This document shows positions 11,915 through 24,807 of a stretch of 64,000 nt of DNA, piece by piece. Positions within the stretch are counted from its first letter, which is position 1. Every line of letters starts with the position of its first letter. Location of the stretch: NCBI GenBank assembly GCA_951406725.2, contig OX597819.1, positions 41,106,001 to 41,170,000 on the forward strand. Reading direction: 5' to 3'. Origin of the DNA: Octopus vulgaris (Eukaryota). The translations under genes and the position numbers were made by a program. The notes beneath the pieces are model-generated. The model ran no database searches and was not told where the DNA came from. It saw only the letters and a program-made list of their open reading frames with translations.

Positions 11915-12077
11915 TTAATCCAAACAAGAAAACACAAAAAAATCACAGCAACGCGAGGACGTGGAACAAATAAAGTATTATTGGACGCTCAGGAAAGAAG
12001 GGAAGAAGGAGGGTCTAACGTTTCGAGCGGAGCTCTTCGTCGGAAACATAGGAGAAGGAAAGATCCCGAGAACGGAA
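11911..12077 (-). mobile_element. (TA)n-embedded Penelope-like mini-element with a variant HHR at 12013-12047
   Basis: Minus GTTT-CCGACGA-A-GAGC-TCC-GCTC-GAAAC-GTT-AGAC; near-identical copy at 20483-20675. Confidence 0.75.
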
Positions 12078-12093
12078 TATATATATATATATA

Positions 12094-12312
12094 AGGTGAG
12101 CTAGCAGAAATGTTAGCACGCCGGGTGAAATACGTAGCCGTATTTCGCCTGCAGTTACGTTCTGGGTTCAAATTCCGCCGAGTTCGACTTTACCTTTCAA
12201 CCTTTCGGGGTCGATAAAGTAAGTACCAGTTACGCACTGGGGTCGATGTAATCGACTTAATCTGTTTGTCTGTCCTTGTTTGTCCCTTCTGTGTTTAGCC
12301 CCTTGTGGGTAG

Positions 12313-12315
<3 letters not shown>
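12094..12315 (+). mobile_element. Family B SINE (tRNA-derived, Nin-like central domain)
   Basis: GAGCTAGCAGAA..GTTCAAATTCCGCCGAG..CCTTTCGGGGTCGATAAA..AGTACCAG; many copies in the window. Confidence 0.85.
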
Positions 12316-12368
<53 letters not shown>

Positions 12369-12372
<4 letters not shown>

Positions 12373-13002
12373 GTCCGCCCAAAAAATGTATGCACACTTC
12401 AGGAAGGGAAAAATCTGTATAAATATTTTAATTTAACGTTATTGCAATGCACTCTGTGTTATCGTATTTTGATAAAACATCGAAAGCGGTATTTATATTT
12501 ATAGAGGTATTTATACAAGTTAAATATTCATACAAATTTTGGATCTTTTCGGTTTGAACGGCAGTTTTTTCTGGCGGTGTCATATGAAATTGTCACCCAT
12601 AATTATGACCCTAGTATCGATCTATTGCATTTCAATCTGTTTTAGGGTTAGTTAGGGTTAGGGGTGGGGGAAGGGTATATTTTTTCTTCACAAATGTAAA
12701 TAAACCCAATCTGTTTCTTAAACGAGGGACATATTCATACGGCACAGAATGTTTTCACCTCAATAGACGTCATTGATTGGCTGAAATTGCAGAAATTGAA
12801 GAAAAAAACAACAACAAATATCTTACAAACTATAGAATTTTCTCAATAAAGCCAAGAGAAAAAGATGTTTTATAAACACATTCTACCAGTATACGAAGTT
12901 TAAAAGTGTTTAGTTACGTGGAAATTATTTAATAAAAACTGCCGTTCAAACCGAAAAGATCCCAAATTTTTCCTTTCCTGAAGTGTGTATACATATTTTT
13001 GG
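12369..13002. mobile_element. Tc1/mariner-like MITE interrupted in its right TIR by the Merlin-like MITE
   Basis: TA-CAG start; CCAAAAAATGTATGCACACTTCAGGAAGG is inverted as CCTTTCCTGAAGTGTGTATACATATTTTTGG. Confidence 0.6.
12541..12962. mobile_element. Non-autonomous Merlin-like MITE with 8-bp TSD
   Basis: TIR GGATCTTTTCGGTTTGAACGGCAGTTTT at both ends; TSD CAAATTTT (12533-12540, 12963-12970); GG start plus 8-bp TSD fits Merlin. Confidence 0.85.
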
Positions 13003-13005
13003 TGT

Positions 13006-13041
<36 letters not shown>

Positions 13042-13045
<4 letters not shown>

Positions 13046-13354
13046 ATGCGCAATGGCCCAGTAGTTAGGGCAGCGGACTCGCGGTTGGAGGATCGCGGTT
13101 TCGATTCCCAGACCGGGCGTTGTGTGTTTATTGAGCGAAAACACCTAAAAGCTCCACGAGGCTCCGGCAGGGGGTGGTGGCGACCTCTGTTGTACTCTTT
13201 CGCCACAACTTTCTCTCACCCTGTCTTCCTGTTGCTTGAGTAACGCTGTGATGGACAGGCGTCCCGTCCAGCTGGGGAATACATACGCCACAGAAACCGG
13301 GAAACCGGGCCCTTGAGCCTGGCTAGGCTTGGAAAGGGCGACGTTTATCGTTTA
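13042..13354 (+). mobile_element. Family C SINE with an alternative 3' half
   Basis: First ~190 bp match 3567; then GATGGACAGGCGTCCCGTCCAG..CAGAAACCGGG. Confidence 0.8.
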
Positions 13355-13397
13355 TATATAAATAAAATTGAATAAGGGTAGAAAATCCGAGGATTAA

Positions 13398-13469
<72 letters not shown>

Positions 13470-13536
13470 GTATATATATATATATGTATATGTATATATA
13501 TATATGTATATGTATATATATATATGTATATGTATA

Positions 13537-13583
<47 letters not shown>

Positions 13584-13587
<4 letters not shown>

Positions 13588-13760
13588 GCTTAGTTAAAAA
13601 GTTTACTTCGAATGGATATGGTTTCAGGTTCAGTTCCACCACGCGGCTCCTTGAGGAATTGTCCTCGACAATAGCCCAGGCGCCAATCAATGCCTTATGA
13701 AGGAATTTGGTAAACGGAAACTGTGCGAAATTCCGCCATACGCGGAATTTGTATGTATGT
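13584..13760 (+). mobile_element. Degraded family A SINE between (TA)n arrays
   Basis: GGTTCAGTTCCAC..CCTTATGAAGGAATTTGGTAAACGGAAACTG. Confidence 0.55.
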
Positions 13761-13766
13761 GTGTGA

Positions 13767-13828
<62 letters not shown>

Positions 13829-14092
13829 GGGGGTGTCGATATAGTGAAGTGCATCAAAAGTGTGTATGTTGGCGTATGTATATGTCATATCTGTGTGTGT
13901 TTGAATGTGTTAGTGAATCTGCTACATTCAGCGTATGTTTTAATATTTTAGCTGTTTCCCATGCAATAACAATGAGAAGTCAGCCATTAGCATGTGACTA
14001 GTCATCTTTGCTTCCTTCTTCATTTTCTTTCTTTATTTCTCTAGTATAGGTCGCCTGTTCAACAAAGCTAGCTGAGTTCATGGGTGTATATA

Positions 14093-14123
<31 letters not shown>

Positions 14124-14214
14124 GTGTGTATACACATATATATATATATATATATATATGTATTCATATTCATATATCGTTGTGCATTTATGCACCATGG
14201 CGGTCTATTAATAT

Positions 14215-15102
14215 ATAATATATAATATAATATAATGAAATTATTGTATACAGTGCTCAGGTGCACCACAACTTGTCAGAAAGTGCATATAAAGTACATG
14301 CAGTAATGTAGAAATGTCTGGAAAGCGAACAATGTATGAGTCAGATACATGCTTGTGTGTGTATGGAGGGGAGAAAATCAGGTGTAGTGTTGGCGAATCT
14401 CAGGAAGCATGGAAGTTTTGAAGGATGCAGTGCTCCGACAACTAACAACTGATGCCGGCAGTTTGTTCCATGCTTCAGCAACTCTCAGCGTGAAAAAATG
14501 TTTCCTGAAGTCATGGGAGCTGTGCTGTTTTCTTACTTTGTAAATATGTCCACGGGTGTTAGATGGGTGGAGTTTGAAAAGGTGCTCAGAGTTATTGTTT
14601 GTACGATGGTTGATAATTTTATGGGTGTCTGCCAAGTCAGCTGCCAGACGTCGGAGTTTCAATGTGTCCATGCCCAGGGAAGTAAGGCGTTCAGGATATG
14701 GCAAATGCCTGATGGAGGGTATTCTTTGGTTGCACGTCGCTGAACAGCTTCCAGACGATTGATATCCTGGGCAAGATAGGGGTTCCAGACCGGTGATGCA
14801 AATTCCAGGTGAGGTCTTACCATAGCTATATAAAGCCGCAGATAGATAGCCGGAGAGCGGCTCACAAAGGATTTGGTGAGTGATGCCAAGACACCCTCAG
14901 CCTTCTTGACAATTTTAGCGATGTGTTTTGTCCAACGCAAATCACTGTCGACAATAACACCCAGGTCACGTTCACATGAAGACTTTTTGAGATCAGTGTT
15001 GTGGAGGGAGTAGGTGGACGCTGGGTTTCTCCTCCCAAAATGCATGGTGGTACATTTGTCCACAGCCAGCTTGAGTTGCCAGTCCATGATCCACTGCTGC
15101 AC
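14215..15102 (-). pseudogene. 5'-truncated CR1-clade LINE (RT C-terminus, 3'UTR, (ATATT)n tail)
   Basis: ORFs 14659..15102 (ERDLGVIVDSDLRW..VRPHLEFASPVWNPY..LEAVQRRATK) and 14378..14704 (TRGH..FFTLRVAEAWNKLP); one frameshift. Confidence 0.92.
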
Positions 15103-16089
15103 TGATCCACTTTCTGTTTTTCTAAATAGAAAATCCCTAATATGTTTACCTCTGTTTTACTAGTCCACTGGATTCCTTTTTGTTTCCTTTACTGCTTTCA
15201 GTCAACAGCCATGCAGGAGCACCACCTTCATGGAGATCTAGTCGGTGGTATCACGCATCCTGCAAGAAAGAGATGAAATACCAAGCTGCTTTAGGTGTAA
15301 AGGTACACAACTAGAATATATTTTTGTCCGACGCACATATTTTATTCTTTACGTAGTTTTTGTCGATCAAATTCCAATTATAAGACTCCTGATTTTTGCA
15401 GTAGATCTACGGCAATGGTCGAAGACACTAATCCAAGGCGCCGCACGCTGAGATCGAGCCGGAAGCCTCGGGGTTGTGAACCTTGGTTAACAGAAATGTT
15501 TCATATAATTTGAATTCATTAAATAATAGAAAACTTCGTTTCTAGTTGCCATATTTACTCGAGTATAATGCAATGAAATCTCAAATATAAAGTGATCCCT
15601 ATTTTTGTAGCTAAAAATCAGAAGTATATTTTATCCAATCTACTTTTTCTCACACTCGAATATAATGCTACCGCCTCTCAATTTTGTCCATGAGGTTTTG
15701 AGTCGATTTTTTTCGCATCATACACAAATACTTCTAAATAATATGGCCGAATGGTTAAGAAGCTCGCTCCACAAAACATGAGGCCCTAGTTTCAATTCTG
15801 CTGTGTGCCTTCTTGCGTAAGTGTTATTTATTAACTTCTGGTTGGCTTATACTATGTGAGAACAATTAAACAGACGGCAACGGTGTGGAAGAGAAGCCTG
15901 TTGGATAGTTGTACATGTGATTCAAGGAACAAGTCTTGTCACGTTGTGTCATGCAGGTTCGGCCTAAAAACCACATTGTGGGCATACGTGTCTGCGTAAT
16001 TCGCTAATTCGATGACAGTGGTTGTTTTGTTGGTAGAACACCTGAACATTTATAGTCGGAAATTGCGATCAAGACCAATGTAGCAGCAC

Positions 16090-16530
16090 CCAACTCTGGT
16101 TCCGATCGTGCTGCATCGACTGCAAACCCAGGTGTCACCACCCGTAACGCAGAAGAGAAAGCTGTTTTTGCCGGTCACAACTGGGATCCCAGGTGTTTTG
16201 GGGCCCCGCACTACCGTTATCTTCTGCAAAATCGGGATAACGGTGGGCCGTCTGAGAAATGAGCACCGCGAAGTGGAGTGGCTGCTGCAGCGAGTGTCGC
16301 TGGCCATTCTCCACGGCAACGCTATTGCGCTCATGACCACAGGGCGCGGCTGAACACGCCGTTTATTCTGGGATGTGCAGCCCGTTGCTCCCTCTCTTCC
16401 ATCTTCTGCTGCTGACCTCCACCTTCTTTCTTCTTCTCTTTCTTTGTATCTTCGTAATTAAATTATGATAAATAAAATTTCTTGGATTTATAGTCATTAC
16501 ATGAATAAATATGGTATATGATAATATAAA
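16090..16530 (+). pseudogene. CRE-like RLE retrotransposon 3' fragment
   Basis: ORF 16108..16353 ends QRVSLAILHGNA, resembling the RxSxAxQRGNA C-terminal motif; followed by an AT-rich tail. Confidence 0.6.
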
Positions 16531-16922
16531 AAATATAACGTTTTGCTAAGCATATGACCTTCTCCAAACGCATTAAAAACACTATGGCATAATCTGAACA
16601 CTATTTCAAAAAACTGTCTCCGTATTCTTTGAGCTATAAAAAATAAATTTAATTGGGGCAAAATGAGTAAGATGAGATTCGGTAAATTTACATCTTCACT
16701 TTTTTAGAAGACACTAATCCGTGGTGATACGCGGTAGGACTGAGCCCGGACCCATGTGGTTGAGATGCAAACTTCTCATCACACAGCTACGCCTGGGCCT
16801 ATTTAAAAGATGTGAAACGCTTCACGAATTTGCATGTCATTCTTGCACAGGTGTCTATGTAGTCCGAAGTATTGATGACTGTACAGAATACATGATATTG
16901 TATGTATACAACAAACGCCTTC

Positions 16923-17257
16923 GTGAAGGCGCATGGCTCAGTAGTTAGAGCGTCGGACTCACAGTCATGAGGTTGTGAGTTCGATTCCCGGAATGGGCTA
17001 TGTATTGTGTTCTTGAGCAAGACACATTATTTTATGTTGCTCCAATTCACACAGCTGTAGAAATGAGTAGCAGCATCACTGCCAAGCTGTATCAGCCTTT
17101 CCCTTGGATGACATCGGTGGAGAGGGGAGGCTGGTATGCATGGGTGATTGTTGGTCTACCATAAACAACCTTACGCGGATTTGTGCCTCGGAGGGTAACT
17201 TTCTAGGGGCAATCCCATGGCCATTCATGACCGAAGGAGGTTTGTATCCTTTACCCT
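16923..17257 (+). mobile_element. tRNA-derived SINE (family C variant)
   Basis: TGGCTCAGTAG / GAGTTCGATTCC boxes; 3' half matches 3880-4075. Confidence 0.8.
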
Positions 17258-17404
17258 ATATGAGTAATTTATTTTTTGAAATAAACGACGAATTAATGTC
17301 TAAGATCCGTTTAAAGTAGGACAATGTTTCAGAAGAAATCATTAGAAAAGAGATTAATTCGTAAGATACGCCCATGTTGACAATAAAACTGCCTACGACA
17401 AAAC

Positions 17405-17605
17405 AGGTGCAGCAGGTGTGGCCGTGTGTTAAGAAGTTTGCTTCTTAACCACATGGTTTCGGGTTCAGTACACCTGGAGTCTTCTGCTATAATATCGGGC
17501 CGATCAAAGCCTTGTGAGTAAATTTGGTTGATAGAAACTGTGTGGAAGCCCGTTGTATACATATGTGGGTGTTTGTCTTTATGCTTATGGTTGTCTTCCA
17601 CCACC
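17405..17605 (+). mobile_element. Degraded family A SINE
   Basis: GGTGTGGCCGTGTGTTAAG..AAAGCCTTGTGAGT.. Confidence 0.6.
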
Positions 17606-19344
17606 CCTATTACCCTGGACACAACGGCACAATGGAACATGGAGGACGTGACGGCTGGAAGAAAGGCTACCCCAGCAGTTGGCAGGTATTCCTTTTGAGT
17701 TGACGAGAGCAAAGTAAAATGAAGTGTCTTGCTCAAGGAAACAACGTGCTATTTGGTCCAGGAAATGAATTCATGACTTTATGAGCACGAGCCGAACATC
17801 CTTAACCCAAAGGCCTCGCGCCGATACATCTTTGCTGCTAATAGATGGAAATTGTAAAATTCAGAAACAAGCTTTTGCCATATTTCTCCGGAGATACCAG
17901 GTCAGGTTGCAGCGCGTCACTGCATCCGCCATTTGTCGGTATTTACACGGGTCGTCCCGAGCAACCTTCCTAGTAGTGTCCCACTCAGTTCCCATCTCTG
18001 CGAAATACTCATGTGCCGTGACCATGTAATATGTGATCAACCAACATGAGCCGTCACCCGAGCTGGATACTTAGACAAGAGAACATGACATACAGGATCC
18101 AACTTGGAAAATCAAGCAACATAGACAAACGCTCTAAGTAACAAGATGCATCCTAGTCTTTTGATATAGTCGTTTGACTGGATACGAAATCCTATCAATG
18201 GTAACCCATAATCCTACGAAGCGTCTCGGTACTAATTTCTTAATTTTCCTTTTAGCTAAAACACAATGGTGACTGTGAGAGGAGTCTCTATGTAGTCGCT
18301 TGACCTGTTTGAAATAGCATCACGACTTACCTCAAATGACATCTTATCCTTTCGAATAAAGAAAGATACACTGGGCAGTATAGTCTCGGATAACCACATA
18401 AAAAGACGAAATAGAGAGGGCTAGAATACCTTTGGTCATAAGTTTGCTGGGATAGGATCGACCTAGGCTTAAACCACAACAGCACTCTATGAACAGAGTG
18501 CAAATGATCAGTGTTATTGGTAGACTTATAATATTACATTTAGCTTAGCTGACCATCACATCAAGAGACTCATTTTGCGACCACTCAAACGACTAAGAAT
18601 AACAATCAACATTGGTACAAGTTCACACAATGTCAGAGAGAAATCAGTCGATCAAAACAGACTCAGGATACTTTTATTATTTTTTTTTATCAACCTCTGG
18701 ATGAAATTCAAAGCCGATTCCCTCAAGATTTGAAATCAAAGCAGGAACGGGTGTAACATTTTCAGTTTTTTTAATGGCCTAGCTACAGGAGCAAGGACAA
18801 AGCACTTAAGCAACCAGAGAATGCTAGCGGGGTGAGAGAAGACTGGATTGCAATGAATCCCACTGAAAACACCTCTAGAAACAACTAGTGGTATTAAGCT
18901 AAACATTCCAGAGTATCTTGTCCAGTACACAAAATATTCTAACATCCATCGTTATAACAAGTATTCTTAGAACCAGCAGAGGAGTTATCTATCATTATTT
19001 AGTTACGGTTCACTATGTGACGTATTCAAATCTCCCTGGCGTCAGCCTTGTTTTCATGCCTCAGTAAAATAAATAAACCAGTTATGTACTATCGGAGTGT
19101 TTTAGCAAGTGTTCTTTCCTTTAAAATGTACGTATTTGACTCAATGTTGCAAATCAAAATAAACAGCTTTGACAATATCTAGTTATTTTGATTATTTTGT
19201 CGTTGGCAATTTTATTGTCAACATGGTGGTATCTTACGAGATAAACTCTGTTCTAATAATTTTTTCCGAAATATCGTTTTACATTTAGTGGATCTTAGTC
19301 ATTATTTCGTCGTTGGTTGTACACAATATCAGATAAGCTGCATG

Positions 19345-19759
19345 GGATCATTTCGGTTTGAACGGCAGTTTTTTTCTTGCGGTGTCATATGAAATTGTCA
19401 CCTATAATTATGACCCTAGTATTGATCTATTGCATTTCAATCTCTTTTAGGGTTAGGGTTAGGGATGGGGGAAAGGTATCTTTTTTTCTTCACAAATGTA
19501 AATAAACCCAATCTGTTTCTTAAACGAGGGATATATTCATACGGCACAGAATGTTTTTTACCTCAATGGACGTCAGTGATTGGTTGAAATTGCAGAAATT
19601 GAAGAAAAAGCAACAAATATCTTACAAACTATAGAATTTTCTCAATAAAGCCAAGAGAAAAAGATGTCTTATAAACACATTCTACCAGTATACGAAGTTT
19701 AAAATTTTTTAGTTACCTAGAAATTATGTTAAAAACTGCCGTTCGAACCGAAAAGATCC
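19345..19759. mobile_element. Merlin-like MITE, second copy
   Basis: High identity to 12541-12962; TIRs present; imperfect 8-bp TSD GCTGCATG/ACTACATG. Confidence 0.85.
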
Positions 19760-20482
19760 ACTACATGTGAAGGCAAGAATGACCATACGAATATTTATTT
19801 GAGTTTTTATATATTTTTTACTAATCCAGAACGGTTGTATTTACATGCATACGAACATTTGATCTAATAGAACAGATTCTATGCGATAACAGATAGAAAA
19901 GTTGAAAGTCTTCTGCAAACAATTTGCTTGATACGAAAGTAGTTCATAGTTATTGAAGACAGAAAGTGTGAGAACTATGAATGTAGATAATGTGTGCATG
20001 ATTCAGCATTACAATACAAGGTCAGTACTTCTTGTCGAACACAGCACAAGCATGTTAAGTAAACAAAGTTGAAGAGGTTATAGAGCATCTCACGGAACAG
20101 AGTGTCGTGGCTTACTGAGAACTGCTAGATGGCTCTGTCTGGGGTTCAATTTGCTAGCTTTTTTTTAATAACTCAACGGAGTTTTTCGGGAAGTTTTGAC
20201 TGACAAGAGTATTTGCGGGAAGATTTCTGTTCATTTGGTTTACACACCAACCGATTTGACTGGCCGAGCCAGGTTTGCGTTAACATTCAAGTCTTCTTTT
20301 ATGGCGACACAATGATTTTAAAAAATTCATCAGGAGCCTTGTACATGCTATTGTATAAAATATTATTTTATATTTTGTGGAAGAAAATAGGAGATTCTTT
20401 GTGTCAGAAATTAGTAAAGCCTTCACACATACACATATGCGTGTGTGTTTGTAAACGCGCGCGTTTTCATATATATATATAT

Positions 20483-20675
20483 AAAGTTACTCCAAACATG
20501 AAAACAAAAAGAGAAAACACAACAACGCGAGGACGTGGAACAAATATAGTATTATTGGACGCTCAGGAAGGAAGGGAAGAAGGAGGGTTTAACGTTTCGA
20601 GCGGAGGTCTTCGTCGGAAACATAGGAGAAGGAAAGATCCAGAGAAGGGAAGACAGAGGGAAAAAATCGCCAACC
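20483..20675 (-). mobile_element. Second copy of the 11911 mini-element; HHR at 20587-20621
   Basis: Minus GTTT-CCGACGA-A-GACC-TCC-GCTC-GAAAC-GTT-AAAC; flanked by (TA)n. Confidence 0.75.
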
Positions 20676-20688
20676 ATATATATGTATG

Positions 20689-20740
<52 letters not shown>

Positions 20741-20899
20741 TACGTTCTGAGTTCAAATTCTGTCGTGCTTGACTTTACCATTCGTCCCTCCGGATTCGAT
20801 AAAATAAAGCTGGGGTAGATTTAATCGACTAATCTTCTCATAAAATTTAAGCCTTGAGGCTAAGTTAGAAACATTTATTATATTATTACACTATAATAC

Positions 20900-20937
<38 letters not shown>

Positions 20938-21883
20938 TGTATGTATGTATGTATGTATGTACGTATGTATGCATATACTCACACAAATATAAAATCACGT
21001 ACGTGATTAAGTTTTAATTCTTTATAATGCATCATGTATTACATTAATCTGGCCTTGGGTCAAAACATGATATAAATATATTATATTTATACGCTGGAAT
21101 TGTTTCAATTAGCATGGTGGTACCTAGTGTTAGACTAGGGCGTGTTACCAACAGGTCGACCACCCTGCCGGAGGCTAAAAACCCTTGAAAACAATCAAAA
21201 CGTTTTGTATGATATACATGGAGGTTAAATAACAGTCGCTGGTTATTTGTGTTAAATTTTGTGGGAGGAAACGTCGGACGTTTTAGAGTGATGGTTAACG
21301 TAATTGAATGACATAATTGATACATAGTTCAATTCTTGTAAACAATCTTGTTGACATCTTTATTCGACTTACACTGTGCTTAAAGATATGCAAAATTCCG
21401 AACTGTTCATATAGATAAATGTGTGTGTGTGTGTGTGTGTGTGTCTGTGTCTGTGTGTGTGTCCGTCCTAAGACATGATCTGTGATTCATCACTTTACGT
21501 TGTTGAAACAATTGTAAACCATGGAATAAATGTTATACAATAAACTCTATTCGTCTCTCACCGGTTTCAGCCGTTAGACTGTGACCAAGCAGGGGCACTG
21601 CATTCAAGGACAAAGTTGATTATATTGCTCACTGGTATTTGACTAGTCTGATAGTTATTCTATCGACCAGGAAGGATGAAAGGTAAGATTGATCTCTGCC
21701 AGATTTCAAGTCACAATTTTAAGAGAAGTTACAAAATAGTTCAGTAGGCATTCCCAACCAGTGAGCCGAGGACCACTGGATCTTTTAGTTTCGTGGAGTT
21801 TTTAAAACACATTTCTATTTTCTTGATTATCGTCGATTGCAGGGTGTTTTTGAATTATATACGTATTATGCGTGCAATATATA

Positions 21884-22087
21884 CGAAGAGGCTGCTGAAA
21901 AGTCCTTGGCTTCAAGGGTATCGCTGGTTGGAGTCCTAACATTACGAGTTTTTTTTACAGGGTTTAAAAAACTGAATGACCACTGCAATAAGTGTGTGAA
22001 TCTGAAAGGGGAATATGTTGAATAAAATCATAATTAGCTGATCCTCCGATATTTTACCCAAAGTAAGGAACATTTCAGCACTCCTCA
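21884..22087 (+). mobile_element. Mariner-derived MITE
   Basis: TA-flanked degenerate TIRs (..GCTGAAAAGT / ..TTTCAGCA..); retains the transposase C-terminus GFKKLNDHCNKCVNLKGEYVE*; second copy at 24612. Confidence 0.75.
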
Positions 22088-22089
22088 TA

Positions 22090-22204
<115 letters not shown>

Positions 22205-22533
22205 ATATATATATGCGTGTGTGTGTATGTGTGTGTGTTTATCCATGATGTTATTGCTTTTACCCCTGTTAATTAAATTAATCTGCCCATAAAAGTCAAA
22301 TTTACTCTGTAAGATCAGCTAAAATTGCATAACTATAAACCAGTGGTATATAAATCACCCACTGACAAAATTTCAAATCTGTATGTAAAACAATTTACGA
22401 AGTTACAAGCAAATATTGCGAACACGCCCCTTGAACCTGAATAATTCAAAATAACGTGAACAAATAAGCATTACATTTGGCAGATTAATATGAACATTAA
22501 AGATGTTTTTAGGTGGGTTTTTTTTTCTTAAAC

Positions 22534-22604
<71 letters not shown>

Positions 22605-22808
22605 GACACAACACGGCCTCACTCGATTAGGACTACACGTGTGTTATTTTGACATCATCATTCCATAAAATTTGTTTATAGGGAGAAAAATATTGAAAAA
22701 TATCAAAAGATATGTGAGTGAGAAAGAAACGAAGAGGGCGGTTTAGGTATGAGCTAGAAAAGCCAGATTTCCCTTAAATCACACATTTTTCTTTGAAATT
22801 ATTAACAA

Positions 22809-23456
22809 CTAGCATTATGACCCGGCGTTGTCGTGTCTAGTGCTAGTCAAACATATTTGGTCTTTCATGAAAATCCCTCTCTCTTGTCAATCACTTGGTC
22901 AAACTCGTTAATTATTCCCTGCATTTCTCAAATCAAAAAAGCTTGCACGTTTGAAAGCCAAAACACATGATAACGCGTCTTCGCAAAACACAAAAATGTG
23001 CACTCATACAGACTGTCTGCAAATGCGCACGCGCATCCAACTGTCAGGTGTAAAATTATCTCCGTCCAATCAAAAAACAGACATTTTGCCATTTATAGAT
23101 ATAGAGATTTTAAGCAAACGTTTAGAAATTCTCTGGGAAACTGGAATATCCAGAAATCCGGGACAGTTCCGGTCCTAAATTGGATAAATTGGTCTGGTAC
23201 AGTATTGAGGTGTGATACATAACAAAGGGAGGGAAATGCAGAGTTTTAAAGAGTTATTTCCCTGGAATTACGTCCCTTGTATTAAAGACTTTTGTTACCT
23301 GAAACATAAGGGGTCGGTTTAACGATTTTTTAAAATGGCTTTCAGGGGTAACTGGGAAAATGAAAAGATCTTCACAACCACCCTTGGACGGTTTTATATG
23401 ACCATAGAAAGTGCGAGCCCTCTAACTGAAAAATTGTGGATTTGTATAAAGGATAT

Positions 23457-23496
<40 letters not shown>

Positions 23497-23519
23497 TTTG
23501 CCGTTTATATATATAGAGA
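22809..23519 (-). mobile_element. Non-autonomous Helitron
   Basis: Minus 5' TCTCTATATATATAAACGGC.. and 3' ..CAACGCCGGGTCATAATGCTAG; termini like 32176-32547. Confidence 0.65.
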
Positions 23520-24161
23520 CTTTTTTAAACTAAAGATATTTCTTAAGTGCGTAGTGAAAAAAATGGCCAAAATCGATCCCCACTGGGATGGTGAGGGGGT
23601 AGCGGAAGTGAAAAAAAATTCAAAACAGAGAAATTACAAATTATGTGAGCCGTCTGAACTGAGACTCCGTTTTCCAGACCCCTGCCCCCTTCCCAAAATT
23701 TTGCCTACAAATTTCTTTTTAATCGTAATCTACACCGTTTGAAAGGTATTTGTATAAAAATTCATTAAAAAATACCTATTTTCCAGAAAGTTGTGAGGGG
23801 GAAAATGTCGGGTCTTGTGAATTTTCCGAAACTCCTCTCCCCAACCCCTCAGAAAATCTTTTTCCAAAAGTCTTAACTCAATCTACAGGATATAAGCGAT
23901 TGTTTAGTGAAAGTTTTGTTAAAAAGTATCCATTTCTCTGGAAGTTATGAGGCAACAAATTCGATGGGGTATTAAACTGTAGATGTGCCTTTTTTCAATA
24001 AAAGTTAACGTTAACGGATTAACGCTAACTTCCGTTACATTTTTAAAGAATTAATGGATTAACGATTAACGAAGTTAACTTTTCGATTAATGGTGCCCAC
24101 TTCTGTATGTATGTATGTATGTATGTATGTATGTATGTATGTATGTATGTATGTATGTATG

Positions 24162-24211
<50 letters not shown>

Positions 24212-24232
24212 CTTACTTGGAGGAAACGAAAT

Positions 24233-24269
<37 letters not shown>

Positions 24270-24272
<3 letters not shown>

Positions 24273-24552
24273 GGAAAGTTTACGAAAATAAACAATAGAC
24301 GAAGGCAGGTGGAGTACAAACAAACAAATGTATTAGTATAGCGCTCAGGAATAGAAATAGAAAAAGTCTTTTATGTTTCGAGCCTACGCTCTTCGACAAA
24401 AAGATACACAGAAAAAAGAACAAGGAGAGAAACAAGGAGAGAGAAAAAGGAGAGAAAAAAATGCGTGTAGGAGCTAACGATCTATCATGGCGTCCTGACT
24501 TCGGACAGTGGTCAGACGCGAGAGGGACAGTAGGGGAGATAACAGGGTCAAG

Positions 24553-24558
<6 letters not shown>
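24270..24558 (-). mobile_element. (TA)n-embedded Penelope-like mini-element with a degenerate HHR at 24366-24406
   Basis: Minus TCTTT-TTGTCGA-A-GAGC-GTAG-GCTC-GAAAC-ATA-AAAGA; shares GCTCAGGAA and TATTA motifs with 11911. Confidence 0.55.
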
Positions 24559-24611
<53 letters not shown>

Positions 24612-24612
<1 letters not shown>

Positions 24613-24807
24613 GTGGGGGATACTGAAAAGTTCCTGGCTTTAAGTGTATCGCGAAAGGACTGGTTGGAGGCACAACCAGGTCTTCCGAGTTCTGAAGGAC
24701 CACTGCAATAAGTGTGTGAATCTAGGAGGGTTGTATAAAATCATAATTAACTGATCCTCTAGTTTTGTTGCTTTACTCAAAGCCAGGAGCTTTTCCGCAT
24801 CGCCTCG
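24612..24807 (+). mobile_element. Mariner-derived MITE, second copy
   Basis: CTGAAAAGTTCCTGGCTTT / AAAGCCAGGAGCTTTTC inverted ends, TA flanks; shares CACTGCAATAAGTGTGTGAATCT with 21884. Confidence 0.75.

Noticed and set aside
12642-12670. Telomere or chromosome-fusion relic
   Set aside because: Only 2-3 TTAGGG units, internal to a MITE present twice
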